Shown here piece by piece: positions 7,462 to 19,901 of a stretch of 23,464 bases of DNA. A program made the translations under genes and the position numbers. This DNA comes from Candidatus Woesearchaeota archaeon. Its GTDB lineage: Archaea > Nanobdellota > Nanobdellia > SCGC-AAA011-G17 > JACPIM01. Numbering within the stretch: position 1 is the first letter of the stretch; every line of letters starts with the position of its first letter. Under the pieces are notes generated by a model that worked only from the letters and a program-made list of their open reading frames with translations, was not told where the DNA came from and made no database searches. The stretch is from the NCBI GenBank assembly GCA_964513145.1, contig CAZELK010000008.1, positions 16,885 through 40,348 of the forward strand, in the 5' to 3' direction.

Positions 7462-7513
7462 ACCAAGGGGTCGTGGGTTCAAATCCCATCCGGCCCGTAC
7501 AATAAAAAACAAA

Positions 7514-7759
7514 ATGAAAGAAAACTTCAATATATTTGATCATATTTTGGTACCGAAACATGTACTCTTAAATCAAGAAGAGGTTACAAATTTATTAAAA
7601 AAATACAATATTAATTTAAATCAATTGCCCAAAATATCAATAAAAGACCCGGCTGCAAAAATTCTTAATGCGAAAAAAGAAGATGTTATAAAAATAATAA
7701 GAAAAAGTGAAACAGCTGGTTTAAGCGAATTTTATCGGGTTGTGGTTGGAGAAGAATGA
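7514..7759 (+). CDS. rpoH: RNA polymerase subunit H (Rpo5), 81 aa
   Basis: DHILVPKHVLL, QLPKISIKDPA, IKIIRKSETAG..FYRVV; start moved from 7433 (inside tRNA-Lys) to ATG 7514. Confidence 0.95.
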   Translation: MKENFNIFDHILVPKHVLLNQEEVTNLLKKYNINLNQLPKISIKDPAAKILNAKKEDVIKIIRKSETAGLSEFYRVVVGEE

Positions 7760-10731
7760 GGAATATAAGCTTAGTTAAAAAATATTTTGAAGAACATTCT
7801 TTGATTCAGTCAAATATAGAATCTTTCAATAATTTCATAGAAAAGGGAATGCATGACATAATAAAAGAAATAGGAGACATTATACCAGCAATTATACCTG
7901 AAGAGATCCAAGATTTTAAAATTAAATTAGACGAAATTCAAGTTGGAAAGCCACAAATTATCGAAGCTGACGGAAGCAAGAAAGATATTTATCCTATAGA
8001 AGCGAGGATGAGAAAAATAACTTATTCAGCCCCGATCTTCTTAAAAGTTAGTGCACATATTGATGGTGTTCAAAGGGAATCTTTTATTACACAAGTTGGA
8101 AAATTACCAATCATGGTAAAGAGCAAATATTGCCATCTTAGTAATTTGAAGAGAGAAGAACTTATAGCAAAAGGAGAAGACCCAGATGACCCTGGCGGGT
8201 ATTTTATACTAAATGGCAATGAGAGGGTTTTGATTACAGTAGAAGACCTTGTATCGAATAAAATGTTTGTAGAAAAAACAAATGTTGGACCAAGTGAATA
8301 TGTTGGGAAAGTATTTTCTGAAATGGGGGCTTACAGGGTTCCACATCTTATTGAATTAATGAAAGATGGGAATATTTATTTAAGCTTTACAAGATTCAAA
8401 AGAATTCCTATCATAGTTATTATCAAGGCTTTAGGATTAACAAAGGACAGGGACATAGCTGAATCTATTGCAAGTGAGAAAGAATATGATGAAATTTTTA
8501 TTAATCTTTATAATTCAATGGAAGTAAAAACAGAAGAAGATGCACAGGAATATGTTGCAAAGAAATTGAATTTTAATCAGCCCAAAGATGTGAGACTTGG
8601 AAAAGTAAAAGAAAATTTTGACAAGTATTTGTTGCCTCATCTAGGAACTTCTCCAAAAGACAGACTGTATAAAGCACTTAATCTTTGCAAGCTAATTAAA
8701 AAATATCTTATAATTTCCAAAGAGAGAATTAAAATTGACAAAGACCATTACATGAACAAGAGACTTAAATTAAGCGGAGACTTATTGGGAGACTTGTTCA
8801 GGGTTAATCTAAGGTCATTGGTTAATGATTTATTATATAATTTTCAAAGACTAGTAAAAAGAGGAAAATTCAATTCAGTTAAAATAATTATCAGGGACAA
8901 ATTATTGACATCAAGAATCAACAGTGCAATGGCTACAGGTGCGTGGGTTGGCGGAAGAAAAGGAGTGAGCCAAAATATTGACAGGACTAATTTTTTAGCT
9001 TCATTATCACATTTACAAAGAGTAGTTTCATTATTATCCTCAACACAAGAGAATTTTGAAGCAAGAGGATTACATCCCACCCATTATGGAAGACTTTGCT
9101 TAAGTAAGAATACTAATGTTTTGTTGGCAGATAAAAAAACAACAAGAACTTTGGAACAACTTCAAAATTGTTGGAAACACCATAATTTGATTACTTATAA
9201 TAAGGATTCAAAGGAGTTTATCCAGTCATCTATTTCAACTTATTTTTCTTCGAATCCAAGGTTAATGAATAAAAAAGTTTTTTCTATTTACTCGGAAAGT
9301 GGAAGAGAAATTATAGCTACTGAAGATCATCCATTTTTAACACAAAGAGGATGGATGGATGCCGGCAAATTAAATAAAACTGATTTAGTTGCTGTTTATC
9401 CGATGTTAGAAACTTTTAAAACACCAAACCCCCCATCTATAGAAAATGGTGAGGTAATAGTAGATGAAAGTATAATTAAAGCATTATATCCCAAAAGATA
9501 TAAACATTATATTAAGGAATTAAAAGAAAGGGAACTTTTGCCTTTTACTGTAAACAATTACTGGGCAGAAATAATAGCAAGATTACAAGCGCATTTATTT
9601 ACAGACGGGCATTGTGGAAAAAATAATTTAGAATTTTATTTAGGTTGTCTGGAAGATGCAGAAGAAGTTGCAAATGAAATTAAGCAATTAAAGTTCGTAC
9701 CATCAAAAATAAATAAAAAAGTAAGCAAGGCAAAAATAAATGGAAGAGAAACTATAACAACTACTTACAGGTTTACAAAGGGCGGTTCATTACATGCCTT
9801 GTTAGTTGCTTTAGGAACTCCGATCGGTAAAAAAACAAACTTATCTTATTCTATACCAAACTGGATTAAGAAAGCGGAAATGTCTGTAAAAAGAGAATTT
9901 TTAGCAACCTATATGGGTGGAGATGGTGGAAAACCCAGATGTGAATCTGCTGGGTTGGGTAAAATAAAAATAGAAGATTTGTCTTTCCATAAAAATATTA
10001 TTTTAAAAAATGATGGTTTAAAATTTGCTGAAGAATTATCTCAGTTATTTACCCAATTTGGTATAAATATATTAAGAATAGATATTCTACCAGGACATAA
10101 AAGAAAAGACGGCTCTGAAACTATAAAAATAGAATTAGTATTTGCAAAAAGTAATAAGAATTCATGTAACTTACTTAATAAAATTGGTTTTAGATATTGT
10201 AAACAAAAAAACAATAATTCATTATACATTGGCGAATGGTTAAGATTACACGAAAAAGCAATTCAGGAAAAAATAACTCTTAAAAAAAGAATAAGAAAAT
10301 TATATTCTGAAGGGAGAACACCCAAAGAAATTTCAAATATAATCTCAAACGTGAGTTATAGGATGATTAATTCCTGGTTATTTGAAAGAAAATATAATCA
10401 TACAAATGCAGGAAAAACAAAATTAGTATCGTTTAATACATGGCTTGAAGGAGCAACCAAAAATTTGGAAGGGACTGGTTTAGTTTGGGAAAGAATCACA
10501 GATAAAATAGAAACAGAATTAGATGATGTAAGAGATATAACAACAACAGAAAATACGCATACATTTATTGCTAACGGCTTTGTTACTCATAATTGTCCTA
10601 TAGAGACTCCTGAAGGTACTTCAATAGGTTTGAGAAAGAATTTATCTTTACTTTGCACTATTACACAAGAGATTATACAAGAAGAGAAAATTAAAAAATC
10701 TCTAGAAAATCTGGGGTTAAAATCAAAATAA
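7756..10731 (+). CDS. rpoB2: RNA polymerase subunit B'' (Rpo2N) with one intein; 492 aa after splicing
   Basis: DPGGYFILNGNERV, SHLQRV, RGLHPTHYGRL|CPIETPEG; ATGA overlap with rpoH. Confidence 0.96.
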   Translation: MRNISLVKKYFEEHSLIQSNIESFNNFIEKGMHDIIKEIGDIIPAIIPEEIQDFKIKLDEIQVGKPQIIEADGSKKDIYPIEARMRKITYSAPIFLKVSAHIDGVQRESFITQVGKLPIMVKSKYCHLSNLKREELIAKGEDPDDPGGYFILNGNERVLITVEDLVSNKMFVEKTNVGPSEYVGKVFSEMGAYRVPHLIELMKDGNIYLSFTRFKRIPIIVIIKALGLTKDRDIAESIASEKEYDEIFINLYNSMEVKTEEDAQEYVAKKLNFNQPKDVRLGKVKENFDKYLLPHLGTSPKDRLYKALNLCKLIKKYLIISKERIKIDKDHYMNKRLKLSGDLLGDLFRVNLRSLVNDLLYNFQRLVKRGKFNSVKIIIRDKLLTSRINSAMATGAWVGGRKGVSQNIDRTNFLASLSHLQRVVSLLSSTQENFEARGLHPTHYGRLCLSKNTNVLLADKKTTRTLEQLQNCWKHHNLITYNKDSKEFIQSSISTYFSSNPRLMNKKVFSIYSESGREIIATEDHPFLTQRGWMDAGKLNKTDLVAVYPMLETFKTPNPPSIENGEVIVDESIIKALYPKRYKHYIKELKERELLPFTVNNYWAEIIARLQAHLFTDGHCGKNNLEFYLGCLEDAEEVANEIKQLKFVPSKINKKVSKAKINGRETITTTYRFTKGGSLHALLVALGTPIGKKTNLSYSIPNWIKKAEMSVKREFLATYMGGDGGKPRCESAGLGKIKIEDLSFHKNIILKNDGLKFAEELSQLFTQFGINILRIDILPGHKRKDGSETIKIELVFAKSNKNSCNLLNKIGFRYCKQKNNNSLYIGEWLRLHEKAIQEKITLKKRIRKLYSEGRTPKEISNIISNVSYRMINSWLFERKYNHTNAGKTKLVSFNTWLEGATKNLEGTGLVWERITDKIETELDDVRDITTTENTHTFIANGFVTHNCPIETPEGTSIGLRKNLSLLCTITQEIIQEEKIKKSLENLGLKSK
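9097..10593 (+). mobile_element. intein in RpoB'' (499 aa, LAGLIDADG homing endonuclease)
   Basis: Starts CLSKNT (block A); block B ATEDHPF; ends FIANGFVTHN before +1 Cys; LAGLIDADG-type blocks ARLQAHLFTDG and FLATYMGGDG; removal restores HYGRL-CPIETPEG. Confidence 0.95.
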
Positions 10732-10732
10732 A

Positions 10733-12535
10733 ATGACAGATGTATATTTGGATGAAAGGTATGTAGGAAAGGTAGACAATCCACAAGAATTTATAGATAA
10801 TATTAAACAAGAAAGAAGAAAAAATAAATTACCTTCCTCACTAAATGTTTCTTATGATAAGAACCTTAAAGAAATTTATGTAGAAATATCAAGGGGGAGG
10901 GCAGTCAGGCCTTTAATTGTTACTGAAAATGGAAAGAGCAAATTAACTTCTGATATTGTCAAGGAAATTGAAGACAACAAAATAACTTGGAAAGATTTAA
11001 TCCAAAGGGGGATAATTGAATATTTAGATGCAAGAGAAGAAGAGTCTGCTTTGGTAGCTTTAAAAGAAGAAGAGATTACAAAAGAACATACCCATCTTGA
11101 AATAAGTCCATCAATGATATTGGGCTTAACAACATCATTAGTGCCTTTTTCAAATTATGGACAAAGTTCAAGATTAAACAGGGGAAGCAAAACACAAAAG
11201 CAGGCTTTAGGATTGTATATTGCTAATTTTATATTAAGGATGGATACTGATGTGAGTGTTCTTCAATATCCCCAAAGACCAATTGTTCAAACAGTAATGC
11301 ATAATCTTTCTGGTTATGACCAGCATCCTTCTGGACAAAATGTTGTTATTGCTGTCATGAGTTATGAAGGGTATAACATGCAGGATTCAATTGTTGTTAA
11401 TAAAGGATCTATTGAAAGGGGACTGGCAAGATCATTTTACTTTAGACCTTATGGAGCAGAAGAATTAAGATATTCCGGGGGATTAATAGATGAAATAGGA
11501 GTTCCTGATAAAGAAGTCAAGGGATATAGATCTGAAAAAGATTATAGATTATTAGAAGAAGATGGAATAATTTATCCTGAAGCTAGAATAAAAACAGATG
11601 ATGTTCTTATAGGGAAAACTTCACCACCAAGATTTTTAGGTGAATTAGAAGAGTTTAGCATTGCAGCAAGCACAAGAAGAGAAAGTTCAATTACTGTCAA
11701 GCATGGAGAGGGCGGAACAGTTGACATGGTTGTGTTAACTGAAAATGAAGAAGGGAACAAAGTTGTTCAAGTAAGAATAAGGGATGAAAGAATACCTGAA
11801 GTTGGGGACAAATTTGCTTCCCGCCATGGTCAGAAAGGGGTAATTGGTTTATTAGTTCCGCATTCAGACATGCCTTTTTCAGCTTCTGGCATTATTCCTG
11901 ATATGATATTCTCGCCGCACTCAATTCCTTCAAGAATGACAATTTCACATTTAATAGAAATCTTGGGGGGTAAAGTTGGGGCTTTATCTGGAAAATACAT
12001 TGATGGAACAATTTTCGAGAGCCAGTCTGAAAAACAATTAAGAGAAAACCTGAAAGAGTTAGGATTTAGAGCAAATGGCACTGAAAAAATGTACAATGGA
12101 ATAACAGGAGAAGAATTCGTGGTTGATATTTACATAGGAGACATGTATTATCTGAAATTAAAACACATGGTTGCAAATAAATTACATTCAAGAGCATCAG
12201 GAAGAATACAATTATTAACAAGACAGCCAATTGAAGGCAGAAGCAAGGGTGGTGGTTTGAGACTAGGAGAAATGGAGAAAGACTGTTTTGTAGCACATGG
12301 TTCTTCATTACTATTGAAAGAAAGATTTGATTCTGATAAAACAACTGTACATGTATGTGAGAATTGCGGATTTTTAGCTGTAAGCGATTCTTATAGAAAC
12401 AAGAGATTCTGCATAGCTTGTGGAGGTAATGTTGTTATTACACCTATAGAATTAAGTTATGCATTCAAATTATTATTGGATGAATTAAAATCACTTTGTA
12501 TTTATCCAAAATTAAGGCTGGTGAGCAAGTACTAA
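10733..12535 (+). CDS. rpoB1: RNA polymerase subunit B' (Rpo2C)
   Basis: GYNMQDS, GDKFASRHGQKG, SRMTI, GGLRLGEMEKDC. Confidence 0.96.
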   Translation: MTDVYLDERYVGKVDNPQEFIDNIKQERRKNKLPSSLNVSYDKNLKEIYVEISRGRAVRPLIVTENGKSKLTSDIVKEIEDNKITWKDLIQRGIIEYLDAREEESALVALKEEEITKEHTHLEISPSMILGLTTSLVPFSNYGQSSRLNRGSKTQKQALGLYIANFILRMDTDVSVLQYPQRPIVQTVMHNLSGYDQHPSGQNVVIAVMSYEGYNMQDSIVVNKGSIERGLARSFYFRPYGAEELRYSGGLIDEIGVPDKEVKGYRSEKDYRLLEEDGIIYPEARIKTDDVLIGKTSPPRFLGELEEFSIAASTRRESSITVKHGEGGTVDMVVLTENEEGNKVVQVRIRDERIPEVGDKFASRHGQKGVIGLLVPHSDMPFSASGIIPDMIFSPHSIPSRMTISHLIEILGGKVGALSGKYIDGTIFESQSEKQLRENLKELGFRANGTEKMYNGITGEEFVVDIYIGDMYYLKLKHMVANKLHSRASGRIQLLTRQPIEGRSKGGGLRLGEMEKDCFVAHGSSLLLKERFDSDKTTVHVCENCGFLAVSDSYRNKRFCIACGGNVVITPIELSYAFKLLLDELKSLCIYPKLRLVSKY

Positions 12536-12536
12536 A

Positions 12537-16628
<4,092 letters not shown>

Positions 16629-16629
16629 A

Positions 16630-17844
16630 ATGGAAGAGATATTTGAAGAATATAAAAGCAAATTACCATTGAAAATACTAGATGACCTTAAAAAAGAAAT
16701 TGCCAAGGTAAAATTAACAAAAAAAGAACTTGAGCAAATTCTTTTAAAAACAAAAGAAGTTTATGAAAATTCCAAAATTCATCCTGGTGAGTCTATAGGA
16801 ATTATTACTGCAGAAAGTTTTGGAGAACCTGGAACACAAATGGTTTTAAATGTATTCCACTTTGCAGGTGTAGCTGAACTTAGCGTAAGTTCTGGATTGC
16901 CAAGAATAATTGAAGTTTTGGATGCAAGAAAGATAATAAAAACGCCAATGATGAAAATTTTTATTAATTCCCCGCATAATAAAGATCCCAAAAAAGTCAG
17001 AAAGATAGCTTCAATGATAAAGCAAGTCAACTTGAAAGAAATTGCAACTGATTTTGCAATTGATATCTCTAAACTTGAAATTAATGTTTTATTAAACAGG
17101 AAAAAAATGAGAGATTTAAGCATTGATGATGAAAATTTAATAAAAGTTTTAACTGAAGCTGCAAAAAATGTAAATTTAAGATTGCATGAAGACAAATTAA
17201 TACTTAAACCCAAAACTGAAGAAAATGAATTACAAAATTTGTATAAATTAAAAGAAAAAATAAAAGAATTAAGAGTAAGCGGCATAGAAAAAGTTGAACA
17301 AGTTTTACCTGTAAAAGAAAATAATGAATTCGTTATCTTAACAGCAGGCACAAATTTGAAAGAAGTAATGGAAATGAAAGATATTGATTTTGCAAGAACT
17401 ATGACAAATGACATTTTTGAAATACACAAGGTTTTAGGGATTGAGGCTACAAGACAGGCAATAATAAATGAGATTGCAAAAATTTACGAAGACCAGGGTT
17501 TAGATGTTGACATGAGGCACATGATGTTTATGGCTGATATAATCACAAATTCAGGAAGAATAAGGGGCATAACAAGAAGTGGAATTACAAGTGAAAAGGA
17601 AAGTGTTTTAGCAAGGGCTTCATTCGAAACACCAATAAAACATATAATAAATGCGAGCTTAGTTGGTGAGGAAGATAAGTTAAACTCAGTAATAGAAAAT
17701 GTAATGTTAAACCAGCCAGTGCCATTAGGAACTGGCTTGCCAGATTTAGTCTTAAAAATCTCGGGGATTACAAAAGAATTAAATGAAGATAAGCCTAAAA
17801 AAACAGAAACAGAAGAAAAAAAGAAGATTAAGGTGATAGAATGA
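16630..17844 (+). CDS. rpoA2: RNA polymerase subunit A'' (Rpo1C)
   Basis: GEPGTQM..N.FHFAG trigger loop, GLPRIIEV, SVLARASFET, GTG. Confidence 0.96.
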   Translation: MEEIFEEYKSKLPLKILDDLKKEIAKVKLTKKELEQILLKTKEVYENSKIHPGESIGIITAESFGEPGTQMVLNVFHFAGVAELSVSSGLPRIIEVLDARKIIKTPMMKIFINSPHNKDPKKVRKIASMIKQVNLKEIATDFAIDISKLEINVLLNRKKMRDLSIDDENLIKVLTEAAKNVNLRLHEDKLILKPKTEENELQNLYKLKEKIKELRVSGIEKVEQVLPVKENNEFVILTAGTNLKEVMEMKDIDFARTMTNDIFEIHKVLGIEATRQAIINEIAKIYEDQGLDVDMRHMMFMADIITNSGRIRGITRSGITSEKESVLARASFETPIKHIINASLVGEEDKLNSVIENVMLNQPVPLGTGLPDLVLKISGITKELNEDKPKKTETEEKKKIKVIE

Positions 17845-18095
17845 GCTTAGAATTATTAAAGAAAAGTCTAAAAGAAGACAAATTGGTTTATGGTTTTAAA
17901 AATACTTTAACAAATTTAAAAAATGGAAAAACCCTAAAAATATTTTTAGCAAAAAATTGTCCCCCAGAATTAAGTGGTGAAGTAAAAAAATATAATGATG
18001 TGGAGATCATTGAATTAAAAGAACCAAACAAAGAGCTTGCTTTAATTTGCAAGAAAAAATTCTCAGTTAATTTATTAAGCACAGTGAAAAAGTAA
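17841..18095 (+). CDS. rpl30e: 50S ribosomal protein L30e (short, divergent)
   Basis: KLVYG.K.T, IFLAKNCP, ELALICKKKF; conserved position after rpoA''; GGTGA SD upstream. Confidence 0.85.
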   Translation: MSLELLKKSLKEDKLVYGFKNTLTNLKNGKTLKIFLAKNCPPELSGEVKKYNDVEIIELKEPNKELALICKKKFSVNLLSTVKK

Positions 18096-18503
18096 ATGAA
18101 AATAGATATAACTTTAATCGGCTACATAACTATGTTTGAAAATATTACCAGAACACAGGTTAAAGATTGCTTTATTAATAAAAACAATCAGGTTGTATTT
18201 GTAGTAAAACCTGGACAGGGAAGCAAGGCAGTTGGAAAGAATGCGTTTAATCTTAAAAGAATTGAAAATTTACTTCATAAAAAAATTAAAGTCATAGAGT
18301 TTAATGAAAAACCCGAAGAATTTGTGAAAAACATAATATACCCTTTAAAGAGCCCAGAAATTAAACTTGAAAATGAAACTATAATTATTAAAACAGACTC
18401 AACACATTTAAAGGCGCTTTTATTAGGAAGGGACAAGGCTAATCTGAAAGAATTACAGGAAACTATGAATAAATATTTTAAAGTTTCAGTCATAATAAAT
18501 TGA
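18096..18503 (+). CDS. nusA: archaeal NusA (KH-domain) transcription factor
   Basis: ITMFENITRTQVKDC, KAVGKNA.NLK, KVIEF; position between rpl30e and rps12. Confidence 0.9.
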   Translation: MKIDITLIGYITMFENITRTQVKDCFINKNNQVVFVVKPGQGSKAVGKNAFNLKRIENLLHKKIKVIEFNEKPEEFVKNIIYPLKSPEIKLENETIIIKTDSTHLKALLLGRDKANLKELQETMNKYFKVSVIIN

Positions 18504-18508
18504 AAAAC

Positions 18509-18516
18509 TTTATAAA
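18509..18516 (+). promoter_or_regulatory. internal TATA box (TTTATAAA) for rps12-rps7
   Basis: BRE-like GAAAAAC immediately upstream; 25 nt to the rps12 ATG. Confidence 0.5.
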
Positions 18517-18541
18517 TTAAGATTTTTACAAAAGATTTACT

Positions 18542-18979
18542 ATGGGGAAAAAATCCAAGGGCTTAGGGTCAGGAAAGAAATTAAAAGTTAGAAGAAAAAA
18601 GTACAGATGGAATAATAAATGGTTTACTAGAAGAGCCCTGGATTTAAAGAAAAAATCAGATCCAATGGAAGGATCTTGTGCTGCTAAAGCAATAGTTCTT
18701 GAAAAGAGACAAGTTGAAGCTAAGCAGCCAAATTCGGCAATGAGAAAGGCTGTAAAATGCCAATTGACAAAAAACGGCAGACAGATTACTGCTTTTGTTC
18801 CTGGATATAATGCCATAAAATTTATAGATGAACATGATGAGATTATTGTTGAAGGACTTGGCGGAATTTATGGAAAAGCAAAAGGCGATATTCCGGGAAT
18901 CAGATGGAAGGTTTCCAAAGTTAATGATCAAAGTTTGCCTGCATTAGTCAAAGGCAGAATAGAAAAGGGAAGAAGATAA
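18542..18979 (+). CDS. rps12: 30S ribosomal protein S12
   Basis: [27 protein letters not shown]. Confidence 0.97.
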   Translation: MGKKSKGLGSGKKLKVRRKKYRWNNKWFTRRALDLKKKSDPMEGSCAAKAIVLEKRQVEAKQPNSAMRKAVKCQLTKNGRQITAFVPGYNAIKFIDEHDEIIVEGLGGIYGKAKGDIPGIRWKVSKVNDQSLPALVKGRIEKGRR

Positions 18980-19578
18980 TGACTAAAATTCTTTTATTTA
19001 ACAAATGGGACACAAGCGAGATAACAGTTACAGATCCTGGAATTAAGGAATATATAAACTTAAAACCTATTTTTGTTCCAAAGACTGGCGGAAAGAATGT
19101 AAAAATAAAATTTCACAAAAGCAAAAATAATATTGTTGAAAGACTGGCAAATAAATTAATGACTCCAGGACACAGAAGCAAGGAACACAGAATAACTTCA
19201 GGGTATTGCACTGGAAAAAGTTTGACAGCACTAAAAATTGTAAAAAGTGCTTTTGAGATTATAGAAAAAAAATTAAATCAAAATCCTATAAAAGTTTTTG
19301 TCAAGGCTGTAGAAAATTCTGCTCCAAGGGAAGAAATTACTTCTATTGAATATGGCGGTGCGCGTTATCCACAGGCTGTTGATTGTTCGCCGCAGAGAAG
19401 AATTGATGTTGCCTTAAGATTAATGACACAAGGCGCATACCAGAAGGCTTTTAGAAGCAAGCAAACAGCAGATGAATGCTTGGCAGATGAGATAATGAAA
19501 GCTTTTCAGATGGACAATAAGTCTACTGCAATTGCAAAAAAATTAGAGTTAGAAAGACAAGCTGAAGCAAGCAGATAA
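18979..19578 (+). CDS. rps7: 30S ribosomal protein S7
   Basis: NIVERL, NPIKVFVKAVENSAPREE, AVDCSPQRRID, LERQAEASR. Confidence 0.97.
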   Translation: MTKILLFNKWDTSEITVTDPGIKEYINLKPIFVPKTGGKNVKIKFHKSKNNIVERLANKLMTPGHRSKEHRITSGYCTGKSLTALKIVKSAFEIIEKKLNQNPIKVFVKAVENSAPREEITSIEYGGARYPQAVDCSPQRRIDVALRLMTQGAYQKAFRSKQTADECLADEIMKAFQMDNKSTAIAKKLELERQAEASR

Positions 19579-19648
19579 AAAATAATTTTGCCTTTCGTTT
19601 GTTTGAGTGAATTTAGTGCTTATAGGCTTTCTTTGTTTTTTACCCCCT
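19573..19648 (+). repeat. imperfect direct repeat, copy 1 (left boundary of islet)
   Basis: AGATAAAAAATAATTTTG matches 23283-23300 at 17/18; TTATAGGCTTTCTTTGTTTTTTACCCCCT matches 23336-23364 at 27/29. Confidence 0.8.
19628..19641 (+). terminator. oligo-T terminator candidate after rps7
   Basis: TTTCTTTGTTTTTT about 50 nt after the rps7 stop; archaeal terminators are T-tracts. Confidence 0.4.
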
Positions 19649-19666
19649 ATTTTCGTTATAAATTAA

Positions 19667-19709
19667 GCAGACAGATTTTTTTATTGGTTTGTCTGCCAGA
19701 ACTATTCTG
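19667..19709. other. two adjacent inverted repeats (GCAGACAGA-N12-TTTGTCTGC; CAGAA-CTA-TTCTG)
   Basis: 9-bp stem with one G-T pair followed directly by a 5-bp inverted repeat, between the convergent rps7 and islet genes. Confidence 0.4.
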
Positions 19710-19901
19710 ACAATTATATTAAGAATTACATTGTAAATAAATATGATAATGAGAGAGAAAAACAAGAGGATTAATTGAGGAAACTTATTGTGAATTGGAA
19801 ATAAAGACTGATATGAAACTAAGATAGATGTAGAAAACCACACCTTTAGATTTAGGAACTGTTTAAGACAATATGAAGATTGAAGATTTTTATTAGGCGA
19901 A

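Larger units (their letters stand above)
7383..7497 (+). tRNA. tRNA-Lys(UUU) with two introns (30/31 and 37/38); CCA not encoded
   Basis: Acceptor GGGCCGG/CCGGCCC, D-stem GCTC/GAGC, T-arm GTGGG-TTCAAAT-CCCAT; removing 7414-7441 and 7449-7461 gives stem CTTGG/CCAAG, loop CTTTTAA and 74 nt total. Confidence 0.88.

Noticed and set aside
7451-7469. Hairpin CCCTTG-AAGATAC-CAAGGG resembling a tRNA-Ile(GAU) anticodon arm
   Set aside because: Position 33 would be A rather than U, and no single-intron removal gives a valid cloverleaf; the two-intron Lys model gives correct stems and splice motifs.
7433-7513. 27-codon N-terminal extension of RpoH in the ORF track
   Set aside because: It lies inside tRNA-Lys (the ATG is in intron 1); RpoH homology starts at MKENF (7514), which has the usual AAAATG context.
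7756-12535. Split of RpoB as a novel event or frameshift
   Set aside because: The split point matches the known B''/B' division in several archaeal lineages.
19640-19843. 67-aa hydrophobic minus-strand ORF
   Set aside because: Non-ATG start; F/I/L richness is expected from the antisense of A-rich DNA; it crosses hairpins.
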